From the NCBI GenBank assembly GCA_964016885.1, contig OZ024760.1, positions 31,310,001-31,374,000 on the forward strand: 64,000 nt of DNA, read 5' to 3'. The notes beneath the pieces are model-generated. The model ran no database searches. It saw nothing but the letters and a program-made list of their open reading frames with translations, and was not told where the DNA came from. This document shows positions 37,745-50,737 of this stretch, one piece after another (position 1 is the stretch's first letter; each line of letters opens with the position of its first letter). Made by a program: the position numbers and the translations under genes. This stretch comes from Eledone cirrhosa (taxonomy: Eukaryota).

Positions 37745-40700
37745 GACGTGTGGAATTTTGTAAAATTATATACGAAAAACAGAAAAAATTGTTTGAAAAA
37801 ACATATCATTTTGTAGATTAACCCCCAAGCTGAATTGTCAGCTGGGTGGTAATCCCATTTTTTGCCCCTTTAGGGGCGAAAATTTAATTTAAAAATTGTT
37901 TTAAAAAATCAAATTTTGCCAACTATAAAACATGAATAACTCGAAAAGAACGCTAGAGAACATCGAGAGGGAGAAGAGAGAGAAAGAGGCAGATTTTAAC
38001 GTTATATCTGCTTCTGCTACTATGGACGTCGCCATAGATACGATTGGCAACAAAGAGAAAAAAATACCACTTGAAGATTTTAAAATTTCTACCGTCGAAG
38101 CAGAGAAAAATAACAATAACACACAGGAAAACACAGGAATTAAACCTATTAACATACATACACATGAAAAAGACAACATCACCAACTTCACAGATACATC
38201 TACACATAAAGTTTCACCTCGTCAAGGAATTGAGATTTCCAACACCGAGGCTAACAACGATAACAATAACAACAGCAACACCACACAAAAAAAAATGTCT
38301 TTCGCTGAAACAGTGAACAAAAAACAAGATTTTATAAATCTTGACATCTCCAATGCAAGAGATATGTTCCAGCAAGGGAGAAAATTTGTAACTTTCGAAG
38401 AGAAGGGTGGGTTTAGAATTAACTCACCTCTCGAAATAAAAGAAGAGACAGTTCGAAGAACAATGACCTTCAGGACTGTATCCAATACAACGAGAAAGCC
38501 GATATTTGTTAGTCAAGGAGATATAGAAGCCAACTTGAAGGAAATTCTAGCAAATATTGACTTTCTCCAACGAGGAAAACAGTATGGAAGTGTTTCCGTA
38601 CTGTTTAAAAGTGAGGCACTCGCCCAAAAACATTCTGTGACACCAATGGTGTCAAAAGCATTCACATTTTTTCCTACATACATGCTTCTCCTTCTTTAAG
38701 TGAAGAAGAGGGAGAGCCGCGGAAATCTAAAAGACAAAAAAAGAGATGCCACAAAACCCCCAAAACTCCAATCACCAACACCAACTCACAACCACAGACA
38801 CAAACAACAACACAAACAACACCACAGTCAAACATCCCCCTACCAGCAAAACCAAGGTGGAGACGGAGAGCAAAACTTTTGTCAAAGCAGAATCGTCTCT
38901 ACACCTTAAACTTATAAGGGTTTCTATGGAAACCTATAATGACCTGAAAAATAAATTTTCAAAGGACGTGGGCAACCCCTGCCAGAAACCCATCAACCGA
39001 GTCCTGTTAAAATGTTTCCTCACCCCACCCAACACCCCATCCAGCACCCAAATGGAGATTGAACAACCCGATCTCCAGGAAACGAAAAGGTAAGTGTACC
39101 TTTTGTCCTTTTTCTCCAACTCTTCTTCACCAACATGGTTAGTTTACGAGTTGGAAGCGTGAATGTGCGTGGCCTAGGGATGCCCTGGAAACAGGGCCAA
39201 CTTTTAAACGACCTTAGGTCACACAGTATGGATGTGATAGCCATCACCGAGTCCAGGATCCACAACAGGCAGCAACTAACCCCCATCTTCGAAGACTTTG
39301 AGATCTACGCATCTCTCTGTCAGCCAGGAGGTGGAGGGGTAGTGGCTGTCATGTTTCGGAAGAACCTGGACGTCGAAGTACAGCAAGTACACTTGGACCC
39401 GAAGGGTAGACTGGTAGTCCTAGACGTGAACAGTATTGGAGGTGGAGCCTTCAGACTGGTGGCCGTTTATGCCCCAACCGGGCAATCGCAATTACAGCCA
39501 GACTTCTTTAAGCATCTAGAGTCTTTTCTGGGAACGTCTCGCTCCTTACTTTTAGTGGGGGACTGGAATGGTATCCTAGATGCATGATGGGACTATGTGG
39601 GAGCATGTCCTAGTAGAGGGGGGGGGGTGCAACAGCCTCAAAACTTTAATCAGCCAATTCCAACTGAAAGGTATCGACTGGATTTCCCGACTGCACCACA
39701 GTGGACGTGGGCAAACCGCAGTGGGACATCTAGATCGTATTTAGATAGGTTCTTCATTAGAGAAAGGGACAAGGAGATGTTAAGCTGTCCACGAATGCAC
39801 ATGGTTGCCTATTCAGATCACAAATTAGTCGTCTGCTTAGTCGACCGTGATAGAACAGATAGACTGGGACCTGGATACTGGAAGCTGAACGTGTCGTTGT
39901 CGGCACGTAAAGTTTATAGTGAACGGATAAGTAGACTAGTCAAGCAACAGGTAACGGGAGCCATTGTCAACAATAAATGGTGGTACTCTCTCAAGAAAGC
40001 AATTAAAATAGAATCGATAACATTTAGCAGAGAGTTAGCCTTAGAGAAAAACAAAATAGAAAGAGAACTAGTAGCCAAGGTAGAGGAGGCACTTAGAAGT
40101 GGCAACGCGGCTAGAGTGTTAGCGTCGAGAACGGCACTGGACCTGTTCGTCGATGCGAAACACGAAGGCTGCGTGGTCAGAAACAAAACACGTGCTCTAG
40201 GAAACAAAGGAGCGAAAGCTGTCAGCTGGACCCGAGTGGCGGAGGCAAAAAGTGGCAACAAGTCCACGATTCGGTCTTTGAAAGACCAAAATGGACGCGT
40301 GCTACTTGACCCCAAGCAAATGTGCGCGGCCTTTCAGCAGCACTTTGTGCGACTGTTTGAGCAGAACGGCGGTGAGCCGAACGGAGCAATGGACTTTAGT
40401 TCATACCTCGACAGCCTGCCGCGTCTCCCGAACACAGACGCCGAGTTCTGTGAAAGACCAATCACGGACACTGAGATACGGGACGCTCTGGGCCGCTGCG
40501 GGAAATGCAAGTCACCCGGTCTAGATGGTCTACCCTATGAGTTTTACATAGGCATGCCGGACTTGTTCTCTGGCGTCCTCAAAGCCGTCTACTGCAATTG
40601 GTAGCAGAACGGGAGAATTCCCAGTTCTGCAGGCAGGGGCGTAGTAACGCTGATCAGGAAAGACGAGAACAAGGGGGACGAAATAAACAATTTCAGGCCC

Positions 40701-43700
40701 ATAACTCTGCTCAACACAGAGTTAAAGATTTTGGCCAAGGTGCTAGCGACGAGGTTGGTGCTTGTTGTCGAGAACCTGGTAGGGAAAGCGCAAACATGTG
40801 CAAACATGAATGGAATCCTAGATGCACGTTGGGACTATGTGGGAGCATGTCCCGATAAAGGGGGTGTAACATCCTCAAACAGTTAATCAGCCGATTTGAC
40901 CTGGCTGAGAGATATCGACTAGATTTTCCGACTGTGCCACTGTGGACGTGGACTAATCGTAGCAGAACATCTAGATCGTACCTAGATAGGGTTCTAGTTA
41001 GAAATAAGGATAGGGACATGTTAAGCTCTCCACAAATGTTCATGGTTGCCTATTCAGATCACAAACTAGTGACCTGCATGGTCAACCTTGATAGAACCCA
41101 TAGACAAGGACCTGGCTACTGGAAGCTGAACTTGTCGTTACCGACATGCAAAGCCTACAGTAGACGGATTAGCACTTTAGTTAAACAGCACTTGACAGGG
41201 GCCATTGTCAACAACAGATGGTGGTACTCTCTCAAGAGGGCAGTTAGATTAGACTCGTTAGTTTTTAGTAAAAAATTAGCGTTAGATAGAAATAGAACCG
41301 AGAAAGAACTGGTAGATAAAGTAGAAGAGGCAATTAGAAGTGGAAACGTAGCCAGCGTGCTAGCAACGAGAACAGCCTTGGACCAGTTCTTCGACGCAAA
41401 GCATGAGGGTTGCGTTGTCAGAAGCAAAATACGTGCTCTGGGAAATGAGGGAGCCAAAGCTGTTAGCTGGGCCCAAGTGACGGAGGCAAAAAGTGGCAAC
41501 AAGTCCACGATTCGGTCTTTGAAGGACCAAAACGGACGCGTGACACGTGAGCCGAAGCAGATGCGTGCGGCCTTTCAGCGGCACTTTGCTCAGCTGTTCG
41601 GGCAGGGCGGCGCGCCGGGAGGGGCTATGGATTTCGGTCCATACCTCGATGGCCTACCGCAACTCTCGGACAGCGAGGCAAAGTTCTCTGAAAAGCCGAT
41701 TTCAGCCGCTGAGATAGGGGACTCGTTGAGCCAATGCGGCAAACGCAAATTTCCAGGTCTCGACGGTCTACCCTACGAATTTTACGTACCAATGCCGGAC
41801 TTATTCTCCGGTCTCCTGGAAGCGGTCTACTGCAACTGGCAACAGAACGGGAGAATTCCCAGTTCTGTGACCGGGGGCGTAGTCACACTAGTCAGGAAGG
41901 ACGAGAATAAGGGGGATCACATAGGCAACTTCCGGCCCATAACTCTGCTAAACACAGTGTTACAGATTTTGGCCAAGGTGTTGGCAAAGAGGCTGGCGCT
42001 TGTCGTCGAGAACCTGGTGGGAGAAGCGCAGACATGCGCAATCCCGACCAGGTCCATACACGACAACCTCCATCTCACCCGATACATCATAGAGAGGGTA
42101 GGGTGTAAACCCGGCTTCAGTGGGGCCCTGATCAACTTGGATTGGATCAGTCTAAGGCTTTCGATAGGGTTGACCATCGTTACCTGGATGCATGGATGCA
42201 GTGCTCGAGGCGGCAGGCATCGGACCTGTGTTCAGGGGCTGAATTGCTGCAATGCATAACAGCAACATCTGCTCAAAGGTTAAGGTGAACGGCTACCTCT
42301 CGGAGCCATTCCATATCACACGATCCATTTGACAAGGATGCCCTTTCTCCTCCCTTCTGTACGTATTGATTCTCGAGCCACTACTGCAGAAGTTGGAGCT
42401 ATTGCAGGGCATCCCTCTGGAACCAGGACTGCGGAAAGCGGCGTCGGCCTACGCCGACGACGTACCAGTAATGGTGTCGGCACCTTACTGAAGGAATACG
42501 AAAGGTTCACAGGAGCGAAGCTGAACTGGGACAAGTCCATCGGTTTGCAACGCGGATCGTGGAGAGGCAAACCGATGCCTTCCAATGGCGGCGTCGGACG
42601 CTGGACGGAAGGACCAGTAAAGCTGCTCGGGGTCTGGTTTGGTCCGGACCTCCAGGTGGAGAAGAACTGGAACGAGGTGTCGGCCAAGGTGTTTGCACTG
42701 ACCCAGAAGTGGGCCGAGTGTAAACTATCCTTGAAAGGTCGAGCGGAGGTGGCGAACACTTTTATAGTGTCCGCCATCTACTACCGCTTGACCGTCGTGC
42801 CTTGTCCAGCCAAAACGCTTGCCAAAATGGAGCGCGTGCTCTTCCAATTCCTTTGGAAGAGGTGGGCTCCTTTGGTGAGAAGATCCATCTGCTGCCAACA
42901 CCCTTCTAACGGAGGGCTGGGGATGCCGTGGTTGACGATGCGCAAACACACGCTCAGGCTGCGGCATCTCTACGTATTCCTCACCGGACAACCGGTGTGG
43001 GCCCCGTTCGTGAGGCGAGCCTTCCCACGATTCGTCTCACTGACCGAGCTGCAGTCCTGGGTCAAGCAAAGACCGAGGAAAATGGGCGACTGGCACATCG
43101 AATGTGCTCAGGCACTCACAGCCCTCTGGCAGGCGGACCCGGCGATCACTGGAGACTCCACTTCGTCATTCTATAGAGCGTTGATCCGCAGCAAGTGCGA
43201 CGACGTGCTCGGTGAAACTCTGGGCATAGAGGAAGACGAACTGGGACCGATGGACAACTTCCAAAAGTCCCTGGCCTGGCAGTGCTACCGAGGAGCTCTA
43301 CCAGTTCGAGACAAGCTCTACAGACATGGGTGCCCGGGCAGGGACCCTGCAAAAAAGATCTGTCCGAGGTGCGTGCGAGACGAAGAAACCGTCGCGCACG
43401 CATTCATACACTGCCCGGGCATCACCGACTTGTGGGGCTATGTAGAATGACTATTGTCGCGGGTGGGACCAATCCAGTTGACCACCGAGTCCATTGTCAT
43501 GATCAAACCGCCACCCTCCTTCAAAAACGAAGGAGAGGCGGTTTTCCTTTGTGTGATAGCTATGGCGAAAGAGGTTGTATGGTGGACAAGGTTGAAAGGG
43601 CTGAGGTCAGACACCTTTCTCTCCGGCCAACAACTGATTCTTTTTTTCAAATACCACTTTGGAAGAAGAATCAGGATGGAGTGAGAGGTGCTGTACCCCA

Positions 43701-44016
43701 GCAAGTTTTATGAAAGGTGGGTGAAAGTGGCGAGAATGGCCTGAGTGAATGGGCCTTCTCTCTATATCAGCCTGTAGGTTGAGGAAAAAGAGGAGGAGAG
43801 GAAAGGAGTACAAACTCTTTGTACTCCTAGAGATGAGGGTTGCACATTTTTTTTTCGGGGGTATCTGTTACCCATATGTAATGTCTCCCCCTATTGGGGA
43901 AAATCGATTAATTTTTAAATTGCATTTGTGATAATATTTTACACGTTTTTATTGTATGTAAACTTCCCCCTTTGTTTTTGTCCCCTTCTTTTGTGCCCCT
44001 GTGGCTAATAAAAAAC
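37745..44016 (+). mobile_element. Tx1/L1-clade LINE, near full length (ORF1 remnant, APE, RT, C-terminal Zn knuckle), disrupted
   Basis: APE SVNVRGL, VYAP, VGDWN, SYLDRF, YSDH, GPGYWKLN; RT KSPGLDGLPYEFY, NFRPITLLN; C-terminal CPRC...ETVAHAFIHC; ends aataaaaaac; flanked by (TCTA)n on both sides. Confidence 0.92.
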
Positions 44017-44163
44017 ATATCTATCTACCTATCTACCTATATATCTATCTACCTATATGTCTATCTATCTACCTATCTACCTATCTATCTACCTATCTAC
44101 CTATATGTCTATCTATCTACTTACTTATTTATTCTTTGTTGCTAATATAATCCCACCATACAG

Positions 44164-44330
44164 ATAAATGTATTAACGATGAAATGATTCGTCTGAAAGT
44201 CGACATTCAGATGTCTACCAAAAGAAAGAGGTACAATGACGCAGCCCTGCTGTGTAGAAGGGGAGCAGACCTGTTGCTTTCCTGTCATCAAATTAAAGAT
44301 CTTCGCAATTATTACCAAAATATATATGAT
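44164..44330 (+). CDS. Host gene exon (167 nt): (D)KCINDEMIRLKVDIQMSTKRKRYNDAALLCRRGADLLLSCHQIKDLRNYYQNIYD
   Basis: atacag| ... GAT|gtaagt; phase 1 in, phase 0 out; TPR-like helix pair. Confidence 0.85.
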
Positions 44331-44364
44331 GTAAGTTTCTTATTTCATCTTTATCAAAACTTAC

Positions 44365-44520
44365 CCAGTCCACCCTGTTAGATGGTTATGCTGGTGCCAT
44401 GACAAAATACACCCCCAGTCCACCCTGTTAGGTGGTTGTGTTGGTGCCATGACAAAATACACCCCAGTCCACCCCGTTAGGTGGTTGTGTTGGTGCCATG
44501 ACAAAATACACCCCAATCCA
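44365..44520. repeat. About 51-bp tandem repeat, 3 copies
   Basis: cagtccaccctgttaggtggttgtgttggtgccatgacaaaatacacccc repeated. Confidence 0.85.
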
Positions 44521-44869
44521 AGCTTCATATAGAAACATACATATTGTCATTGAAGATGTATTCTATCCACAGTTTATTTTAAAAGTCATTTCATTTCCAT
44601 TACCACATTAGTGAACACTGCCAGTCACGGGTGGCTGGCCAGCTTAGATAAAGGCTATTTTAGGTCCCTCCTGCCTAGCAAGGGCTGCAGAGTCACTTGG
44701 GGTGCTACTGAGTTGTACTATTGCCAATGTTTCGAGACAAAATAACCAATATCCTAAATCTGAGTTGTCTACTTTGTACTTCCAGCTTGTTAGACCTGTA
44801 CACATCTCTCCCCATAACAGCAGCTCTTTTAAATGAAGAGTTCTCTATTATCCTTTCAAGGGTCTAAGC

Positions 44870-45137
44870 CAGGCATATCAAACATGCGGTCCTTTACAAG
44901 CACACCTGCAGCCCACACAAACGGTTTTACAGCACGAGTATGTCGTGTGTGGCTCTCAGACAACACATAGGTGACCCCTGTGGCCCTCAGACAACACACG
45001 TATGACCCATGTGGCCCTCAGACAACACATATGTCACCCATGTGACCATCAGACAACACATAAGTGACCCATGTGGCCCTCAGACAACATATATGTCACC
45101 CATGTGGCCCTCGGGAACCCTCAGTTTGACATGCCTG
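44870..45137. mobile_element. hAT-like non-autonomous DNA transposon (MITE) with internal about 29-bp tandem repeats
   Basis: TIRs caggcatatcaaac / gtttgacatgcctg; internal gtggccctcagacaacacatatgtcaccc repeats; TSD decayed. Confidence 0.7.
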
Positions 45138-45353
45138 GTCAACATAGACTATAACTTGCTTATAGTCTATGTGGCTTCCTAAGTGCCACGTCCACTTTTC
45201 AGATAAAGCCAGCATGAAAAGCCAATGGCCCGACATAGATTTGAACAACCAGAAACTGATTCATCCTCAGGTTTTCTATATATATATATAGACATATATA
45301 GCCTTCCACACGTTTAATCAGACAGGGACCCTCTGATAGAAAACCTGAGGATG

Positions 45354-45462
<109 letters not shown>

Positions 45463-45511
45463 CGCACACACACACACATATATATATATATGTATATAGA
45501 GAGAGAGAGAG

Positions 45512-46234
45512 CCGGTGCTACAGTAAAGAGGATTTGATGCAGGAGGTTGAGACTGTGTCGATGAGTGTGGGACTGAAAATGAATGAGACTAAAACAAAAT
45601 ATATGGTAGAGAATGTTGAGAAGCCAGAGGGGATCACTAATGTAGGCGGGAAGCCACTAGAATTGGTTCAGGACTTCCTGTATTTGGGAGCAAAGATTGG
45701 GAATACGGAAGATGATGTGGTTGAGAGGAAGAGCAAAGCCTGGGTGGTGTGCCACAGCTTGAGATCGGTGTGGAAGTTGGACCTTCGTAAAGACCTGAAA
45801 ATAGACCTCTTCGTTGCTGTAGTGGAGTCTGTGCTGCTGTACGGGTCTGAGACTTGGACACTGACCAAGAAACTCACTCAGATGGTGGATAGGTGCTACA
45901 CGAGAATGCTGAGGATGGCTCTGAATATTAATCAGTATACACTGAGGATGAAAAACTCAGAGCTGTATGGGAGCCTCCCAAGAGTCAGCTCAAAAGTGAC
46001 ACAGAGGAGACTGAGGTTAGCTGGACATGCTCACCAGAGTTGACACTGCACTCAGTGCTCCTGTGGGAGCCCCTACATGGACACACTGGAAGAGGAAGAC
46101 CAAGGTTAACGTATGTTGATGCCCTAAGGACAGACACTGGTCTGTTGGAGAAGCAGGACATGGCAGTGATAATGAGGGACAGAGACCGCTGGAGAGAACT
46201 CGTCCATGGATCTCGGGAATTTTACCTGCCCTAG
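45512..46234 (+). mobile_element. Second RTE-like LINE family, 3' fragment
   Basis: ORF 45534..46043 (GLKMNETKT, FLYLG, LLYGSETW, RRLRLAGH) followed by GRPRLTYVD. Confidence 0.85.
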
Positions 46235-46254
46235 ATATAGAGAGAGAGATACGT

Positions 46255-46323
<69 letters not shown>

Positions 46324-46394
46324 GTAATAATAATAAATGTGAAGACTAAAATCCAAAGAGGGCTCGATAAGGATAATCATTTCATTTCATTTCA

Positions 46395-46710
46395 TTTTAC
46401 GTCCGCTTTGTCCCTGCTTGCAAGGGTGGGACGGGAACTGATGCTGGCTTGATTTCTACAGCTGGATGCCGTTCCTAACACCAACCTCATTTACAGTGAG
46501 TGCAGGGTGCTTTTTTTTGCCGTGGCATCTCCACGACCACTTTGCAGTGGAATGATATGGACCCCAGTCCCTATCATCTCATTTCTACAGCTGAGTAAAC
46601 TGGAGCAATGTGAAATAAAGTGTCTTGCTCAAGGAAACAACACATCACCCGGTCTGAGAATTGAACTCACAACCTTTCGATTGCTCTAACCACTAAGCCA
46701 TGAGCCTCCA
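46395..46710 (-). mobile_element. SINE with tRNA-like head and RTE-derived tail
   Basis: Near-identical to 25500-25820. Confidence 0.8.
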
Positions 46711-46955
46711 TACATATATATCAAATATATAAGAACCCTAGAGCAAATATTTAGAAGAACCTGTTAAGCGTGAAAGCAGCGATTCTTTGCTTAAACTTTA
46801 ATCTGTTATTCTAATATATATATATATGTAGAAGGTAGAACACTGGAAAGTAATATCCGTAGTGGTAGAGCACTCAGTCCATGGGACGACTTTGGTAGAA
46901 CTAGTAACACAACAGTTAGTTCACCAGTTAGTTATGGTGAACTATTGTGTTACTA

Positions 46956-47001
<46 letters not shown>

Positions 47002-47027
47002 GACATATATATATGTAGACATATATA

Positions 47028-47365
47028 TCATCATCATCATCATCATCATCAACGTTTAACGTCCGTGTTCCACGCTTGCATGGGTTTGGACGGGGGTAGT
47101 CCCACTTGAGGCAAGAGTGATTGTCTGGCAGGTTTTCTACAGTTGGATGCCCTTCCTAACACCAACCACATTTACAGTGTGGGTCTGGGAGGTTTTTACC
47201 GTGTTGCCTACACGGCCACATTACAGCGTGGACTGTGTGTTTTTTTGTCGTGACACCTACACGATCTCATTTGTTTTGGCCTGGATGGCGCGGCACCAAC
47301 ATAACTTTACATAGAACGGGGTGGTGTGGATGGGGTGGTGGTGGTGGGACGGGGTGTATTTTGTT
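47028..47365 (-). mobile_element. RTE LINE 3' UTR fragment
   Basis: Matches 2706-3065, including the (ATC)n tail. Confidence 0.8.
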
Positions 47366-47419
47366 ATATATATATATATATATAATATAAGATCAAAAGA
47401 TGGTTAAAAGAGTTCCATG

Positions 47420-47490
47420 TATTTTATTATGTGCATTTCAAAAACAAATATCATCATGGGATGATATTTGCGTTCTCATCAGATAAAATA
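47420..47490 (-). ncRNA. Minimal type I hammerhead ribozyme motif (left arm)
   Basis: Minus strand: tattttat CTGATGA gaacgcaaatatcatc-ccat-gatgatatttgttttt GAAA tgcaca TA ataaaata. Confidence 0.8.
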
Positions 47491-49342
47491 GGGAGACATG
47501 ATATTAAGCTTAAAAAACACTTGCGAGCAGTGAAGTGTTAAAATCAACATATGAAAAATAAGATAAGATGGATATATGAGATTGGGAAAAAAAGAAGGAA
47601 GGGGGAAGGAAAGGGTAAGGAAGAGGAAGAAAGAAAATAATAAGAAAAAAATATATAATAATAAGGAAAGGATGATGGAGGAGGAGTATAAAAAGGAAGG
47701 ATGAAAGAGGAGGAGAAATGAGTGAGGAGAGAGAGAGATAACCTTTAATACTGAGAAACACTGTCTCACAGAGAGAAATTAAAAAAAACCGTTGTAAGAT
47801 AATACATAATTAAAAAAAATTTTGAAATTAAAAGTTAATGAGGTTTATAAATGGTGATGTTTATGATTAAGGATAAAGGAATTAAGAATAGCATTTATTT
47901 AAGGTTTATATATTGAAGGGTTTAATAATATGTGCGAAAAGGAATTTATTAAAATGTATTATTAAAATAAAAATATTAAGGAGATAAGGTGAATGAAGAA
48001 AAGGTTAAATGAATTATGAACCTAGAGGAATTAGTTAGGGTCCAAGTTTGTTTCTATGTATTGTAATAGGAAAAAGTAAATAATAGGTTTAATACGAGCA
48101 CGGAAGGAGAGAAGAAAGAAGAAAAAAATATATAACGTCAAAAAAAAAAATATATGTTTACAAAGTTTACTAATGGTAATATTAGTATATATTAAAAATA
48201 AAATTTGTATGGAGGAAGGTTTGCAACGCCTCTCCTTACCGTAATTCTTCCCTATCCAGAACATGTAATCTCTGCCTAGCTGAGAAATTTACCATTATCT
48301 CTAATTTTAATTCTATAATAAATAGACGTACGGACTTATTTTCGCTCTGCTTGCATAACTTTCCATAAAGTATACAGCTAATATCTTACTACCTAATTAG
48401 TTTAAAATCTTCTTTTCTCAAACGCTTTTATATCGTTTACAAATATACCCATCTTTCTACCTTATTTCAGTATATTATATTATACAATTTACTCTTTCTA
48501 TGTCATTAGCGGACCCCTATTTTTCTTCTTTTTTAATTTCTAATCTTTAATCTGCAACTTTTACTTCTCAATTACTTCTTAATTAATATTGTAACTCACT
48601 ATAGCATTTTCCTTATATTCTTGGCCATACAAATTTTATTTTTAATATATACTAATATTACCATTAATAAATTTTGTAAACATATATATGTTTTTGACGT
48701 TATATATTTTTTCTTCCTTGAATTTTCTTCTTTCTCTCCTTCTGTGCTCGTATTAAACCTATTATTTACTTTTTCCTATTACAATACATAGAAACAAACT
48801 TGGACCCTAACTAATTCCTCTAAGTTCATAATTCATTTAACCTTTTCTTCATTCACCTTATCTCCTTAATATTTTTATTTTAATAATACATTTTAATAAA
48901 TTCCTTTTCGCACATATTATTAAACCCTTCAATATATAAACCTTAAATAAATACTATTCTTAATTCCTTTTTCCTTAATCATAAACATCACCATTCATAA
49001 ACCTCATTAACTTTTAATTTCAAAATTTTTTTAAATTATCTATTATCTTTCAACGTTTTTTTTTTAAATTTCTCTCTGTGAGACAGTGTTTCTCAGTATT
49101 AAAGGTTATCTCTCTCTCTCCTCACTCATTTCTCCTCCTCTCTCATCCTTCCTTCTTATACTCCTCCTCTGTCATCCTTTCCTTATTATTATATATTTTT
49201 TTCTTATATTCTTTCTTCCTCTTCCTTACCTTTTCCTTTCCTTTTTTTCCAATCTCATATATCCATCTTATCTTATTTTCCATATGTTGATTTAACACTT
49301 CACTGCTCGCAAGTGTTTTTTAAGCTTCATATCATGTCTCCC

Positions 49343-49413
49343 TATTTTATCTGATGAGAATGCAAATATCATCCCATGATGATATTTGTTTTTGAAATGC
49401 GCATAATAAAATA
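49343..49413 (+). ncRNA. Minimal type I hammerhead ribozyme motif (right arm)
   Basis: tattttat CTGATGA gaatgcaaatatcatc-ccat-gatgatatttgttttt GAAA tgcgca TA ataaaata. Perfect 8-bp stem I, long stem II, palindromic TGCGCA stem III. Confidence 0.85.
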
Positions 49414-49581
49414 CATGGAACTCTTTTAACCATCTTTTGATCTTATATTATTTATACTATACTCCAGTCCTATAAACTGTTGAGTGCTACTTATCCGATA
49501 TTTGCAATGCTTTATTGTGCTACAATAAAACTCACCTCCTACATTATATATATATACATATGTAGACATATATATATATAT

Positions 49582-49777
49582 ATAGGAACAAGTAAGACCA
49601 CGACGGCTGAGCTCAAGCCGTTTTGACGGCTAATTCCAGTACAGAATTAGCCGTCGAAACGGCTTGAGCTCAGCCGTCGGGGTCTTACTTGTTCCTATTA
49701 CCCACTCTACTACCCTAAGTATTGAGTACTTTGGTGCGTTATGGTCCACCTGGTTCCTTACCACATTTCCTTTGTTA
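49582..49777 (+). repeat. Short hairpin-headed dispersed element (family of 4 in this window) containing a hammerhead 3' half
   Basis: Palindrome 49582-49698 plus a unique tail. Other copies on the minus strand at 54641-54835, 60607-60748 and 62988-63170. Confidence 0.85.
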
Positions 49778-49878
49778 TATATATATATACTTGTATCTTC
49801 ATCAATGTACCAGCCAGTTTCCTCTCTTCTTTCTCCTCCATAACTTATAAATGTTTTTCTTTTCCCATCACTTTAAAG

Positions 49879-49993
49879 CTACATGTGGCTAAAATAAAAA
49901 TACAGTCTGAAGAAGCTGAGAAAACCTTTAAATTCCTTGATTTCCTTGATTATACAATTTACTTGCATAAAAGAATCAAAGAACTAGATAAAG
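49879..49993 (+). CDS. Host gene exon (115 nt): LHVAKIKIQSEEAEKTFKFLDFLDYTIYLHKRIKELDK
   Basis: Pyrimidine tract and ctttaaag| ... AAAG|gtaagt; phase 0 in, phase 1 out. Confidence 0.8.
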
Positions 49994-49998
49994 GTAAG

Positions 49999-50565
49999 TG
50001 TTGTGTCCCTGGTTGTGATGTTGCGTTCCCAGTTGTGTTATGTTCTTGGATGTGATATTGTGTTCCTGGCTGTGATGTTGTGTCCCTGGTTGTGATGTTG
50101 TGTTCCTGGTTGTGATGTTGTGTTCCTGGTTGTGATGTTGTGTTCCTGGTTGTGGTGTATTCCTAGTTGTGATGTTGTGTTCCTAGTTGTGTTGTTGTGT
50201 TCCTAGAGTTGTGATGTTGTGTTCCTGGTTGTGGTGTGTTCCTAGTTGTGTTGTGTTCCTAGTTGTGATGTGTTCCTAGTTGTGATGTTGTGTTCCTAGT
50301 TGTGGTGTTGTGTTCCTAGTTGTGATGTTGTGCTCCTGGTTGTGGTGTGTTCCTAGTTGTGTTGTGTTCCTAGTTGTGTTGTGTTCCTAGTTGTGTTGTG
50401 TTCCTAGTTGTGATGTGTTCCTAGTTGTGATGTTGTGTTCCTAGTTGTGGTGTTGTGTTCCTAGTTGTGGTGTGTTACTAGTTGTGTTGTGTTCCTAGTT
50501 GTGTTGTGTCCCTAGTTGTGATGTTGTGTTCCTAGTGGTGATGTGCTCCTAGTTGTGTTGTTGGT
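49999..50565. repeat. GT-rich degenerate minisatellite (about 15-20-bp unit gttgtgatgttgtgttccta/tg)
   Basis: Seen directly; starts immediately after the splice donor. Confidence 0.92.
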
Positions 50566-50737
50566 GATCTACATGATAAAAACGCCCAGTACATTCTGTC
50601 ATGTGGCTATTGACAACCTCCTTAGTACTGGTGCTATAATAAAATACAATTGGTAGAGCGTGAGAACATGTGTGAGGTATCATGGGCTCTTCTTGAGTAC
50701 TGACTTGGTCTGTGAAGATCTGACCAACAATTGCTAG

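Larger units (their letters stand above)
47383..49451. mobile_element. PLE-derived fold-back element with about 830-bp inverted arms around a GIY-YIG C-terminal remnant
   Basis: 47383-48212 is the reverse complement of 48625-49451. The spacer 48222-48360 (+) translates CNASPYRNSSLSRTCNLCLAEKFTIISNFNSIINRRTDLFSLCLH, like the end of ORF 56432..56962. Confidence 0.88.
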
